NCBI GenBank assembly: GCA_051362555.1
Contig: CM120641.1
Span: forward strand, 43,220,401-43,284,400
Length of the DNA stretch: 64,000 bases
Direction of reading: 5' to 3'
Source: Lingula anatina
Taxonomy: Eukaryota; Animalia; Brachiopoda
Below the pieces are notes generated by a model. That model was not told the origin of the DNA. It made no database searches and worked only from the letters and a program-made list of their open reading frames with translations. Numbering within the stretch: the stretch's first letter is position 1; each line of letters starts with the position of its first letter. Below, piece after piece: positions 12,549 to 34,417 of the stretch. A program made the position numbers and the translations under genes.

Positions 12549-15500
12549 ATGCAGTTGGCTGCTGGTATGCAATGGCTTCTAACGTCTGCTGTGGTTCTGA
12601 ATTCAATCTCAGGAGGTAAGTGTAAAATAGTTGATGTACATGCTGATATCGCTTGCATTCCAATGTTTTCAGTTTCAGTGATGGCGATGCGATTAAGCTA
12701 TTATGTAAGTGTATACCTTTGCGGTTTCGCGTTTCCAGTTTGGTCATGCCAATGTTTTTACCTGTTCTCTGTCGTCAAAGATACCCATTTAAAATTGTAC
12801 TTTGAAACGTTGGACAGAATGTTTTCATATTATTTGAAGCACTTACAGAAATAACATAATCGCACGTTCGTCACTTTGTATAAATTGTGCCATGAAGTAC
12901 ACGAAGTAGACTATACATTGTACTGACTCAGAGAGTGAAGTTGTTTGCATGCAGCCAGTGTGTGTGTGTGTGTTTTTCAACTACATTTTTTGGATGCCGT
13001 CCCTTTTTGCATAGAACTTTATTGCCTTTTAACGGCCTTTTTGTGAAATGGCTCCATAAATTTCACATTTCACCCAAACGTTTATGACCTTTTCATTAAA
13101 ATCCAATAATAACCTCTCAGTGTATGGCCGTAGACCATTATTCTTTTGATTAATCTCAAATGTGCCTCATGGGAAATCTGTGAAACACTTTGCTACAAGG
13201 TAGCCGGACAACCAGCGATTCCAACTCGTTATGCTCGATTACATAGTCCAATGCTAATACATATAGCCATCTCGACATTCTACAACCACACTGCACCTGG
13301 CGTGCAGCATCTGGAAACCCACGTGTTTAAAAACTAAACGAAAAGGGAATTCCTTCGGGTGAACTTGCTCTAGGATTCAAATGTATAAGAAAAGCGTTGA
13401 GCCTTGGAAAAACACCTCTCTCCAGAACCATAACACAGAATGTTAATCAATATCGAATGGAATCGCTACATTACTTGTAACAACACAGTATGTCGCGTGC
13501 CCGAATGGTTATAAGACGCCGTGTCCCAAGTGTTAATGGTTAACAGTAGCCTAAAACAGATGGCAATACTGCGGAGACGCCCATTTCCGCAATATTCTAT
13601 AGTTTCATCTATATGACCAGCCGGGGGATTGGTTTACGTTTTTGCCATCATTACATCTTGTTCTAAACGTTGGTAAAATATGAAGCTTAAAGGGATAACA
13701 GCTGTTCATTTTGGCCAAAAAATGCATTTTTCTGGGGTAAACAGCAATTTCCCCGTACTTACCAATGGTTACATTGTAATTAATCTATTTCTACATTCAA
13801 AGTTAGTCCCTGTTTTTTTCTAAAAGGTTTTTTTCTAATCTCTTAAGAGATTTTTACAGAGTATAGTTATCTATGGAGGTCATGTGGTCGAATGGCAAGT
13901 ACAGATTTCAGATTTACTGCCATAACTGCCGTTTTTGTGGTAAAATAGAATATATTATAGTTCTTTGAGTTGTTTACAATGTATTTATTGTGAGATATAG
14001 ATATCATATGAAGAGTTATTATCCCTTTAAGTTTTTCAAAGGTTCTCATACCAAATCTGGTAAAAGTGTCTTTCGATAAAACACCTTATCAAACCTAATA
14101 ACAGTATCCAATACAGGAGTTATGGTCTCCTCATACATCTGTTGACATTTTACAGCCGTGGCTGACTACTAGTAGCCTACAATGGTTAAAGGCGAGCTTT
14201 TGGCCTGTGTAGTTAAAGGAACTGAACTTTAAAAAACTTGACCCAGATAAACTTTGGCAAATGACTGTTTTAAATCCAGTTATGTTTTCGTTTACTTTTC
14301 CATTTTTTAGACTCTATGACTTAAAAGAACTTGACAGATAACGTCTTTATCAATTTATGTATGTACCACTGGCGTCTCATGACACGTTTTTGTTTTAAAA
14401 TCACCTGTTGTTAGTTGTATTGACGTGCGTCCCGGAGCTGATCCACCTGAAGTCCAGTCAGATGGACAAATGGAACTATTGGTACAAAATCAACTTCAAG
14501 ACAGAGGTGAAGACAGTCACCATAGAGGACCCGGACGCCTTTGGTCTGGATGATATAAAGGAAAAAGAATTCAGACTGAATGGTAAGAGAGTGAAGGTGA
14601 ATTTGATTTTTTTTTTTTGCAAACAAGTAGGAAATAACATAAAAACACTTGTTCACACTTCATACTGGTAGTGCAATTCCACTTAACGTACAGAGTGAAT
14701 ACAAAAACTTATGAGGTCGCTAGAACTGTATTATGTTTGAAGATCACGTGGTTGTTTTGTGGTGACGAGTGTAAAAATCGCACGTGCTCAGTTGACAACG
14801 CCAGATCTCCACTTTCAAATAAAATAAACCGTCGTTAAATCAATCGAATGAACAAATACATGTGTGACTTTGTTTACCAAAAAAAAAAAAAAAAAAAAAG
14901 GGGAAACAAAAACAGCTGTGAGAGCGTACGAAACAACAAATATTGCTGAAAATATATTCCATCACTCACATTACTAAGAGTGACAAGTCGAACGATAATG
15001 ATTTCGGCTTTATATTCTTAGAAGAATTATAGTTTTGAAAAACTAGTTTGGCTCAAATTGCATTATTTCATTAGCCGTGTAATAAGCTTCAGAAAGGTTT
15101 GCACAATTTCTTCAACCAAAAGGTTTTGTCTGACCTTGTGTGCAACCAATAACTCGTATAATCATGGAATAGGCAAGTATCAACAGAAATGGTGAGCGAA
15201 CCCAATTTTCCATTTCCATTCTCTACTTCTATGGCGTTTTACTGCACATGCACACACAACGCAGAAATTGACTTAATCATCATCAAATAAAGTTGGATAG
15301 AATCTCCAACATATTTATTTCTTGATTTAATGGACTGATTTTGGAAGTTAAAAAACATTGACAAACTTATTTTTCAAATTCAAAAGCCATGATTGTAAAC
15401 TATGTTTAAAAAGCAGAATCTACTGTGATCGTGAAGAAGTTGTGGTGCGTTCTTCGCGTCAATTCGGGCCTGTGCATGTTAGAAAACTATATAAAAGAAT

Positions 15501-18500
15501 GTATAACAATAATCTTCAAACATAATAAACAAAAAACATAAACATGTTTGATTATGAGAACATGATGTTATAGGACAGAAAACGTGAACACCATAAATTA
15601 TCGATTCTCTCAGATGTAAAGCCAACTAGAACACTTTGCTTGACAAATTATGGTAATGAGACAAAACTTGGCTCAGTCATGTCATAGGCCAGTCAAAATA
15701 ATTAAATATTAAGATTAAAATTTTATATTTGTGGACGAAAAGAAGAGATCATTATTGTATAACAAAATTTGCCCTTTTTATGAAAGATCTTGTAAAATTG
15801 TTTAGTTGAACTTGCGTATACACAATAAACCAAACATTTAGCAAAATATCATGTATTTTCACGTCCACATGTGTTAGCGTGGTTATGTGTTCGACATATC
15901 GATGGAAACTTTAAAAATTTACAAAATCTTTTCCAATTTCCATCTCAGGCAACATCCATGTTCTGCGGTACGCTGGCGCCGCCATATACCTGACGCAGAC
16001 GAACCTTCTCACCCATGCGGAAGACATTTTAAACAACCAGTACCTGCAGGCGGATCTGTACAAGACGCACAGCATACACGGGATCGTTTCTCAAGGTAAT
16101 TATTCTTTTTATCTTAATCTCGTTATCTCTCTTGGGATTAGGGTTTCTGAGAAATAGTCATGACTGGTGTTGATTTCTTTGGCGCCTTTGTTTTTCTATT
16201 ATTGAATTAAACCTTATTCCTTTTGTATCCGATTCAAGCCTAGGTCCTATAGCAACAACTGAGACTGGGGATTGATGCCACGATCCTGTTACCTTCGCGT
16301 GTAAAAATTTAACCTGTTGTAATTTGATCACCGTGGGTCTGTACCAACAAGGACATTATTAAATTCAACTCATTGTGTGAATGTTCTGGCGCACGAGTTT
16401 CCCCGTGGGGCAACAATTACCAAACATGTTTGTAAACATAGTTTTACCTGTTATTCCCCCCACCATCAGTTATAATCGATGCTAGCCTTTATCTTCTCCA
16501 CATTGCTTTAAAAGGGAGAAATTATTATATTTTAGGTGGATATCATGAAGAATTAGAACACGACTACTACCCTTACAAGGAATCATGGGTGACAAAGTTT
16601 GCCGTGTCTTATTCAGATGACGGAAAGAACTTCCGGTATCTCACAATTGGGGACAATGTCACTGATCCTAACCATATCCTGGTGAGTTAAAATTGTCTAC
16701 TTGACTGTATAATTATACAGATCGTGGAATGAGTTTGTCAGCTTGTGGGAAACAGATGACACGGACTGAAAAAAAAGCTGTTCCGAAACGCGTGGTAATT
16801 AAAGTTGACATGGCTTTAAACAGGAAGTCTGAAAAAGATTCAAGCAGGATCTTAGCCAAGTTTTCTTTAATGTCAGTATTTTTCCTTATTCATCATATTT
16901 AAGTAAGTCAGGTTTTAGATTAACTTCTACATCGACGTACTGTTAATGGCAGTCAAATATAACTACCCTTTTTTTAGGTTTTCCTGGGAAATACAGATGG
17001 CAAACAAAAGCGTCGCGTGATGTTCCCATCTCCTATCTCTGCCCGCTATGTGCGGTATCACCCCATTCAAGGCAGGGACTCTCAAAAATCGTCCATTTAT
17101 ATACAGATGAGGATGGGGCTCGTCGGTTGCATTGACGGTACGGCCACCTAGCGACTATTCTTTTATAATTAGAATAAAGTCATGGTTGTCAATTTCTACA
17201 TAAAAGTTAGCTGTTAACTACTTATTTTTCGAGATAAAATGGCCATTGATTTGCCGCTGCTTGCTGAAACCTTGAAACAAACCTTGAAACAGAAGATGCA
17301 TTTCCTTGTCCTAAGATTAAATTTAACGAAAATTCTGTCCGCTCTACTCTTATTTCTTAACGGAATTTACACTGTCTTACAAGCTTAACCTCAGATCAAC
17401 AGATCATAGGCCTGGGGGAAGATTTCTATACCATTTACTTGTTTTGATCGAGGGCATATAACTAATTCTTTATCTGATTTTGTTTTGTTGTGTCTTCATT
17501 TTATAGCGGACATCACAAAAGAAGTCATTAGTGACCAGAAGGATCAGAACAAAAAGAAAACTTTTACTAACCACCAAGCAGATGGGGAGGAATTTACGTT
17601 GCGATGGAAAATAAGCGTTGACGAAAAGAAAGTGTGTTGATATAACAAATGTCAATATATTTTTGCAGAAAATATATACCTATTCAGTATTAATTGCGAA
17701 ACATTGATTTTGTTCAGTAAAAAACCAAAATACCAGGCAATCAGTTGTCAAGTCGAAAAGAAAAATTAAACTAAATTTGAGTGATGTATTGTCTGTGGGG
17801 AATAATGCAATTAAGTAAAGATCCGTTTCCAGTGTGGATAGGTCGACCTAGCTTAGATCGACCAGTCGCAAGAGGCCAGTTGATTACGATTAGATCACCA
17901 GATGGAGAACCACATGGGTTCACCGAGGTCGTTATATTAACCACACTCTCTCCTCAGGAGGGTCGTCCTATGCTAGGTCACCTGTTTTCACTGGAAATGG
18001 GCATTTATTGATGCGAAAAGGTTATAATCCGTAGGCAGACGATGGCGTGTTCTAATATGCATGGGCAGGGTTTCTCATTACCAAAATAGGAGTAAATCGT
18101 AGATCGCATGCCTTTCAACACGTAAAGTTTTTTTTTTCTCGGTACCTTCTGCATTTGTCTGTAATATTTGTTTCTTGTTACATGATCAGTAGAGGATTGG
18201 ATTTTCTAAAACACATCATGACTAAGAAATTTTAACGTTTCTCAACATATTCCAATTTCAGTCGATTGTCATCACACTGCACCGAGTTCACGTGCCCGCC
18301 TCAAATCTCTGCCATAACGGCAGCATCACTGTATACGGGGGCGACTCGGAGACGTCCCAGACCGCTCCGTTATTGTGCAAGGTTTGTGGCTTTCACAGTG
18401 GCCCGCAATCTTTCAACAGCCATGCGTCAGAAGTCACTGTCATATTCAAGTCTTATAACAGCAATGATTTCTTCACAGGGGAGTTCTTCCCGTCTTCCCC

Positions 18501-18815
18501 TGTCAATGGTGGGTGTGGAAGGAACTACGGGGGTTATAACTATTACAGGAGGAGAAAGAAACGGATCATAGGGGGCAGCACGTCTGCTCCTGGGCGCTGG
18601 CCCTGGAATGTAAGAATACCACGTTTATCAAACTATGATGCTGTAGTAAATAACCAGTTCTGGGTGTCTTTAAATGTCATAAAAATATCTCTCCCAACAA
18701 TTGACAATTAAATAAAAAATAGAATAACTTTTGGACATCTAACCGTAAATAGACGGAATATCGGAGGGTTTGATACTTCACATTTTCCAAATATATCAAG
18801 CGTGTTTCTTTTAAT

Positions 18816-18859
<44 letters not shown>

Positions 18860-20448
18860 CCTTGTTATATTTTCCTCAAGGTCAAAGTGCTCAAGTCTAC
18901 GTTATCTCACAACCACGGCTTCTGGTGCGGAGGTACACTGATTCATCCTCGTTGGGTTTTGACTGCCGCACATTGTTTGGAGGGGTAAAAATCTTAAAAA
19001 TTAAATTATTATTTTTTTGTCATCTTACTAGGAAAGCTGCAGTCCTCATTTCTAGATTAAAAATAGAATGTGAAAGATCGGGAAATGCATTTTACTCGTT
19101 CAAAACAAATAATAAGGTAAATGACTTATGTGTCGATGTTAAGTATTAGTATGTATTTAGTCTCTTTTTTCTTTAATTCAGAGTACCCACAGCAGATTAC
19201 GAAATTGTTGCACTGGACAATCAGCGCCGTCGAGCTGTCAAGACTTTTATCCATGACCAGTTTTTTGAAAGAAATAATCCTTTTAAGGTATATAATATTC
19301 ATATGGTACAAGCGTATTAAAGTAGAAAATGATATAGACCTATATTTATGAGAGCATTCTTAAATCCAGCACGAACATTTTAATACATGGCAAAACAACA
19401 ACAACAACAAAAAAAAAATGTTTTGGAATCGCTTTTCTTTCTCAAAATGATCCACGTTAAGCTTTAGAGGAGGTAAAATCTACGGTTGACGTCCCGGACT
19501 CTTACACTGACTTTATTTTGTAGTAATATGATAATTCCGTCATAATTTTGTTTAGCCAATGGCTCCCTAAACATTATTGTTTATAATCATTTAGCTTCTA
19601 AACGATGTTGGCCTCATCTACCTTGAGCGAGACTTCCAGCTGGGATATGGTGCTAACACAATCTGCCCGCCAGATGGCGGTAGGAGAGACTGGGAGTCAA
19701 GCACCTGTTATTTCACTGGCTGGGGGAGGATACAGCCCACGGGTGAGTCAGTTCCCTGGTTTTTAGTTCGGTTGGTGAGACGTTGGGCTTTAGAAAAATA
19801 TTTTATCAAAAGAACACCTATGTAACCTTCATTGGATTTTTACACACTTGTAGGTTATCACCCAGAAATGATGCAGCAGATCCGGCCTTCTGTCGTTCCC
19901 ATGAATATATGTCGATACTACTGGGGCTACCGCTGGATGAAACAAGAAGCCATGATCTGTACGGCGGGACACCCTTACCTACTGCAGGGCTCTAACTGCA
20001 TGGTTAGTGAGAGAAATTAGTTTAATGATCATTGTTTTGTAATTTTATAGGCAAGAGCGCCAAATCCGTTTGCTTGGCTTAAGTAATTTCTATGATAGCA
20101 TAGCACCAGCGCATCTACCACATCGTAATGAAAGGTACCCAGTATAATATGACAGACTTCAATGGAAATCAGGAGTGGAGGAAAGGGGGAGCTCTTAAAT
20201 TTGTGATAGACAGCACGACCAATGATTTCTTCAAGACTTCAGTTTTGTTTTATTTTTATATTTATCAGGGAGACAGTGGCAGCCCCCTGTTTTGCAAGCG
20301 TAGAGACGGTAGCTACACAGTAGAAGGTATATTTAGCTGGTTGTATAGGGAATGCGGTACAATGGCCAAACCAGACGTGTTTTCACGAGCCTCGGCACAC
20401 TGGCCTTGGGTACAAGAAATCATGCATACGTACTCTCCGGGATATTAG
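12549..20448 (+). CDS. Secreted mosaic S1A serine protease: signal peptide - F5/8 type C (discoidin) - degenerate CUB - trypsin-fold protease; 12 exons
   Basis: Phase-consistent GT-AG exons: 12549-12615, 14415-14582, 15949-16095, 16536-16681, 16978-17137, 17507-17631, 18262-18609, 18881-18984, 19182-19287, 19595-19742, 19854-20002, 20269-20448. Discoidin motifs [56 protein letters not shown]-like LRWKISV..ITVYGG..LCKVCG..VTVIFKS. Activation site RRRKKR|IIGG. Intact triad in [14 protein letters not shown] and GDSGSP. The 17507-17631 exon has a weaker donor (gtgtgt). Confidence 0.88.
18818..18855 (+). repeat. (TC)n microsatellite in the polypyrimidine region of a protease intron
   Basis: Perfect dinucleotide run just upstream of the acceptor at 18880. 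Confidence 0.9.
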
Positions 20449-21015
20449 CGCGAGTGATATTCCTATCACAAGAGCAGTTGTGATCTTAATCCGCTCTGGT
20501 TTCATCAGTTGCAGCAAGACGGAATGGACTTGTTTTCAAGACCTTGCTAAGCAGTTTATTGCATTGGATGCTGGCGTGCTGTAACTGCTGTTCTTGGAGG
20601 CAACAGATTACCTGCCTGAAGATCTAGGGAACAGTATGCCAAGGAGGTTGAGACGATTTCAGGAACTTTAAAGTACGCTTCATGTCCCTGTACCTCTCTT
20701 ATTCAATCTAAGAAATTTTATAAAATATTGCAGTTCAGATACTTCTGCTTGATACAAAATACATTAAGATTCCTATAGTTTACGTTCCCAGTTTGTGGGA
20801 TCAAACTTATCCACATTTATTTACCTGCAGGTGTGATACGTTTACAAATATATTTATGAAATATAATAATAAAGACAAGATTTGTACTACCAGCACGCTT
20901 TATTTCCGAGATGGCAAACTAAAATATACAATCTACACAGCCATAGGTGTCGTTGAGAATAAAATGCAACTAAACAATAATTTCCAAGTAATAACTACTC
21001 TATTTACGATATAAT

Positions 21016-21232
21016 CCGCACTTTGTACGCAAGTCAATAGGGGGCGCTTTATGCTGACATTTACACAAGATGGAATGACACTCGCAACCAGCTGCATACC
21101 GATGACGTCACACTCCTGTAAAATGGCGTCACACTGCCTGCACTGTTTGTTTTTTGAAGCAGGAGCTAAAATGCAGGCAGTTTGTATACACGTGATATCG
21201 TCTCCCTATTAACTTAAGTACAGTAGATGCGG
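21016..21232. mobile_element. Possible degenerate MITE between the protease and beta-catenin coding ends
   Basis: Imperfect terminal inverted repeats: ccgcactttgtacgcaagtcaataggggg versus ctccctattaacttaagtacagtagatgcgg. Confidence 0.35.
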
Positions 21233-22257
21233 GCAAGATTACTTTGGTGAGGTGGTTAACTATACAATTTTTTATACAATTTCCGAATGCAATGATTTTT
21301 TGTAATTATACTGTAACATGATAATTTGATTATTGTGAATAATTCTAACAACATGATTACATCATATATCACCAGTATGGCCGTGCACTTGTTAAAAAAC
21401 CTCACAAAGTAATCCTGCAATTCTTAAAAACAAATATTTAAAAGACATAATAATGCTGTACAATGTGATAAAGATAATGATCTTTTTTAAGTAGCAATAA
21501 TAAAAGAAATCCATTACTGTAAATTGCTCTGATAAAAATGTGCTCTTTCTATATGTATATATATATATAAACTACCATCATGGGCTGTCACAGATCATTT
21601 ATGTATATTCTCTACAAAACTAAGTTTCTCTTTTATAAAATTGTTTTCTGCAATATTGAAATGCTTATGTCAGAAGATGGACAGAGACTGCTCCAAACCC
21701 GGATCTCAAACAGTTTGAATCCACAGTATCCTTCAGAAAAAATGGGTCCACAATAATAAAATGTTTCAGCCCTAGTCCAATCTCTGTAACAAGCCGACGC
21801 TGAATCTACTTAAAAATAGTCTCTAGATTTAGTCGAGATCCATTGAACGCCACATATTGGCCACCATTTTGAGAGCTAAATCCTTTCAGTTGTTCTGTTC
21901 AGCTAGACAGTTTACAGCTAAGGTCAATTGCTAGCCAAGTCGATATCACCAACATCTCAGACAGTTCTCATTTCTAGCTAGAGGCAAACTGTTCTTTGCA
22001 CAGTCCTGGTTAGAATAAAAACTGCATATATTCCCATTAAAATTGGTCTTTTTAAAGACTTGCTCTTGTTATTTATCCACAGGCCACTGTTCTTTAAACC
22101 CATATTAGTGCACATAATCAACAATTTTGATGATTTTGCTTCCTTTCGTCTGCTGCACTGCACTGTTCCTGATATAAACTGTTAAGAGGATTACACTACT
22201 CAATCTGCTCCATCTGTGTCTATATTGTCTTTATGTACATCTACTCCAACCTCCAGC

Positions 22258-29368
<7,111 letters not shown>

Positions 29369-32300
29369 GGTGAAGATAGTTTAGTCAGTGTTTGCCTGGA
29401 TGAAAAATAAAACAGAACAATAATTTCACAAAACCAAAAATAGACAACAGAAAAGAATTTTATGTATATGTACCAATAGATGTTTCCAGGGTTTGCTTTT
29501 TTAAAATTATAATGGTCATGGCATACACTTCCATTAAATTTCCTTTGTGTCTCTCAGCACAGAAAAAGTCTAAAATGGTGTACATGATATATCCAGTTTC
29601 TCCATCATATAAAATGTCTGGTGACCCAATTCAACCCTCCATCATTCAAGACCAGCAGAGGATAAAATGGCTGCCTTGCATGAGGCCAACTATTGAACTA
29701 GAATACAATGCTACGCGATCAGCTTGGATTATCCCTGATATCATCTAGAATTTCCATGACACTTGTTGTAATTATCTACATAATCCAGACATCTCCCGTC
29801 CAATTGTCTATCAGAGTGGAAAGATGTGAAATTAACAGAAATAGGCCACAGCCAACATAATACATGGTTCTAAGGGCTAATAAAAAAATAGGGAAATGAA
29901 GCTAATTTAAAATGGGAGGAAAAGCTAAATGAATATGTATCCTTTTGAAAACAACAAATAAAAGAATATTGGGGTAAATATAGTGGTTCAGATCACATTT
30001 TCACATATTTCTTCATTCATATATCATATGGCTTAAGTACTTCAAGTTGGCATGTCTTGCAATCAACACATAACACAAATTAAAAGTGTTGAATACTTCG
30101 TTCACAATTTCATTTCACTACATTCAAATCTAGGACCAAAATGAGCCATGCAGTACCTCATAGCAAAATCTAAGCAACCAGTCATGAATAATGGAGTAAT
30201 GATATCAGGATACAACTCTATCAAATATTCGATATCTAAAATCACTAATTATTTTATAATACCTACCTCTAGCTCTTCAGTGAAGATCACACAGACTGAG
30301 GCCCTGCAACAACAGAAAATATCCAGTTAGACATTTGTTTGTGAAATCATACATATGCCAGCTTGTTATGGCATTTGGCTCACCATTGGCAGCAGGGCTT
30401 GCTGCAAGTCAAGGCTCGTTTTCTGTTTACTGCTTGGCATTTATGTCAGCTGAAAAACCTGTATATCAGACTCTGCCCCGAATTAAACAATTTCCAAGCG
30501 GAATTTACTTTTAGAAATCGCACCAACTGATATCAACAGTTTTGGTTTGGTTGAAAATGCCAGTTGGGCTAGAACTGTGTCATGGGGAAAAAGGGTATAA
30601 AATGCACCTATGATTCATTTCTAGCTTAATTCCTAGCTGCCACAATGGAGATGTCAGCCATTGACTGCAATGTATTACTACTAGGTCATGCCCCAGCTGA
30701 CACTGAGAGATTTATGGCTTGGCAGGCTGTGTACTTTATCCATCAGAAGAGAGCTTTTGGCAGCTTGGCACGCAGCCAACACTTATTCACCAAAGGTCTC
30801 ACAGGACCGATGAGATTAATGCACGGACACTACCTAAAAGTCTGTGTTTGTCTGATAAAATTGCCATTATTTCATTTGGAGCATTTTTCAACACAATTTA
30901 ATATAATTTTATGAATTTCCTTATCAATCCTTAGGGGGATAGTGGTAATTTGTTCACACTTGCCCTTATCCAAACAGACCTGTCACAGGAGCTGTCAGCT
31001 TAGCTATGAATAATGGCTATCAGATTAAGGCACAAGGAACTGGTCCAACAATGACTGCCATTATTTCTGAATAACTCAGACATGCCTGATATGAATGATA
31101 ATAATTTCTTCACCTGACAATTCAATGTTCTCACTGTCAGCTCAGACAAAACAAATTCAGACATAAAGATAGACAAACTTTGAATAAAATGATTTAATCC
31201 TAACAATAACAAGATTCAAAGCAAGGGAAGCTTTTGTCAAAAGCCGCATTATGCGACCAAGGAAAATGGATTTACTTAAAAATTCATTGGCCCTGTCTTT
31301 GTAAAGTGAGTGAATATAAGTTGATATAATTTATGCGGTCTCAAGTGAATGTTTTTTTATTCTCCTTTTTGTTCGCTCTAGAATATTTTCAGACTTTAAA
31401 CGTAATTACAAACACATCAGTGTGCCTGAAATGAGTGTAGGGAAATGGCTTAAAATGGAAGTTCAATTCTGAACAATATTTTCAAGCACATGAAATAAAT
31501 GATGACGGTGATCAAAATAAAAATAGTTGACTTCATTCTCCCTGAAGTCCACAAACTAAACATAGATCCAAGCCGATATAACTTAACTACGCTTGGCAAA
31601 CTTGTTCACAAATCTAATCACAACATGAGTTTTCACGCCTCATGAATATAAGTTTCTTATCAAAACATTCTCTTCTATGGACATTCTTAATGAGCATAAA
31701 CTCTTAACTCTTACCTGCTCCACCACCATACATTTACAGAGTTGATTTTTGCTTCTGGTTCATTTGTGGAACCTCTTATTAAAAGTACAAGGTACTTGTC
31801 ACAATAAAAACTTCAGACATGTCTACACAATGAGATCCTGCCTATTATTCTAAACCCCTCAACTGAAAACAACAAGGTTACTGAAACAACAACCAATCAG
31901 GAGGCAACACTGGGAGCACCTGCCATTTTCAAATTTGTAATTATCCAAACAATTGAGTAAATCAGCTGCTGAATCATTCACAGAGTGGCCAGCATCATAG
32001 GCTGCACCTGACTGTATGACATAACTAAACATTTGCTAATGAACTGCCACACTTCCAAGAAAGACCTATTAGTACCTACTTGGATATGCTGTATACCTTT
32101 TGTAATATGTGAGTCATCCTCTACGAGTTGTGCAGTGCCATGAAGCCTACCAGTATTAAATCCATTGCTATGAAATAATTGTATGAAATCTACTGGTCCT
32201 CAATTTCAGTAACAACATCAAACCCTTTTAATATCTGGAAACTCCAGGTACTGTAAAGATGATTTTCAAACACAGTCATACCTTCTTAACATCTTTGACA

Positions 32301-34417
32301 AATTTGAACCCTTGGAAATTAGCCTTCAAGTATATGGTGATACAACAAAATAGTTTCTTCTCTGGTTTAAAATCCATCTGTACTAGTAGTTTCTACCTGC
32401 ACACTGGTTTTGTATAATCCAGCTGCAGGCATTTTCCATCTGGCACCTCTGGCTGTGATCCAGATACATCTGTTCTCAGCCTCTCTGATCCAGGGGGTCA
32501 GAAATACAGTACTCTCTCTTGGGGCCACTGTAAGCTACCTTCACACAATAATTTCAAACAATTCTAAAATGCACTTTGCAAAGGCCTCACTGCTCTGCAA
32601 CAATGTAATCCACTAGAAACAGCTTCCTGAAGATACAAATTGGGTTGCTTTCTGGTTTAAGTTCGTCCCTTGAAACTCATCTTAAAAACAGCAGTATCTG
32701 GCCCAGTGTCAAGTATACTCAGTAAGCATACTTCATCTAAGGCTGGCATATGAACTGCCTGACCACATCAATGGAATAGGAAATCTTTATGTCCCAGGCC
32801 AACTAGAGACTATTTTCAACTGATTCCACATCTTCATTATCAAAGGTGTAAAGTAATCATAAGCCAGGTCTACCCACTTGAATTAATATTTGCACCCATA
32901 ATTAACCCTAAATAGCTAGTAGTCTACTCATTTATGCAAACTAATAACAACCAATACCAAAACATCTTGAAATTCATTAACAATTAAAACCAAAATGCAG
33001 TGTTCTGTATCCCACCTCCTCAATTATAAATTCATCAATATTCCAATTCCTGGTCATTGTTGGTCCCCACCTCAACAACTTATGTCATATCTAAAATCAA
33101 TGATTTTTTGATGACTTACAAGAAGTAAACTAATGTGATCAATGACTATTACATTCCATTGCATTATCCATAAAAGGTAGGGGAGTTCCACCTTACCCAC
33201 TAGATAAACTGTTTAAATCAGCTTTTCAAACTCCTCCCACAATACATTTTCAACCTATTAACTTTTCCAAAACTGAACTAACAGCTCCAACTAATGCAGT
33301 TCATTACAATATCTATGTTCACTACACATGGGTTCATGGCATCTTAACTGTTCAATCAAGATCTCAAATCTTGCTTATAACACCTGAAGATTGATTAATT
33401 CTGTGCACAAAACTTGTAAATACAACTGTGCCAAAACAAAGCATTTTTCCATTGAATGCCATTCACAAAATATCGCTGCCTTGTAATGTGCATTTCATAA
33501 AACAAAAATCCAACAAAACTACTACCTGAATGCCAAAGGAATAATTTTCTTTGACAGTCTACTTCAAATTCAGAGATACGATAAGGTTTGAATGATAGTA
33601 AATGGTCATCATCTATAATATGATTATAATAATGTCATTAGCAAAACAACAATCTAACTTTGGAAGTTTAAGTTGCCAAATTAACTATTTTCACAACGCA
33701 TGTATTATTCATCATAACGACACTGAAATGATTGTAATCTGAATACTATTACAATCATTAATAATCAGTGCTACAGTAAGCTGTTCCCTGCTTAGTGCTA
33801 CAATGGAAGGTGACAGAAGCAAGTGCTAGAACTTGCTAGAATGAACTGTTGGAACTTGCCCTATATGCACATAACAAGCAGTAACTGCACTTGGGTCGTG
33901 AAATTTTACGCTCTGACAAGTGGCAGCGAGTAACAGCAGATTATCCAATTTGAACTCACCCATAACATTATAATTTGAGAAAGTTAAACTCCATCTTACA
34001 TTTACAAGTACATACATTCACTGCAACATATAAAATGAAACAAAAATCCATACCTCCACGTAAACATTAAATTATTTTTGAACGAAATGTAAAGTAATAG
34101 TATGAGACAAAATACTTGGTTAACGCGGGGGCTGGTGAGACGTCATGTACTAGTAAGTTGCATTATATGTACTCTACCAGTATATCGTTTTCATACTTCT
34201 TTTTTTTAAATAAGCAAACAAAACACAGTCCTTACAGCACTGAACTACCCATTTCTTGGTAATTTAAGACATGAGACAACTTTACACGAGGTCCACTATC
34301 GAGAAAACGGAATGCCAATGTCAAAAAGACAATGGGTGCACCCAGATGACCCACGTTGCGTTATTTTAAAAAATTCAAACAAAACTTTAAAAACAGTGAC
34401 ATTCTCCTGCAGCTCAC

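Noticed and set aside
32838-32847. TCF/LEF-like ATCAAAG site in beta-catenin intron 1 (autoregulation)
   Set aside because: A single 7-mer is expected by chance in 5 kb of AT-rich DNA.
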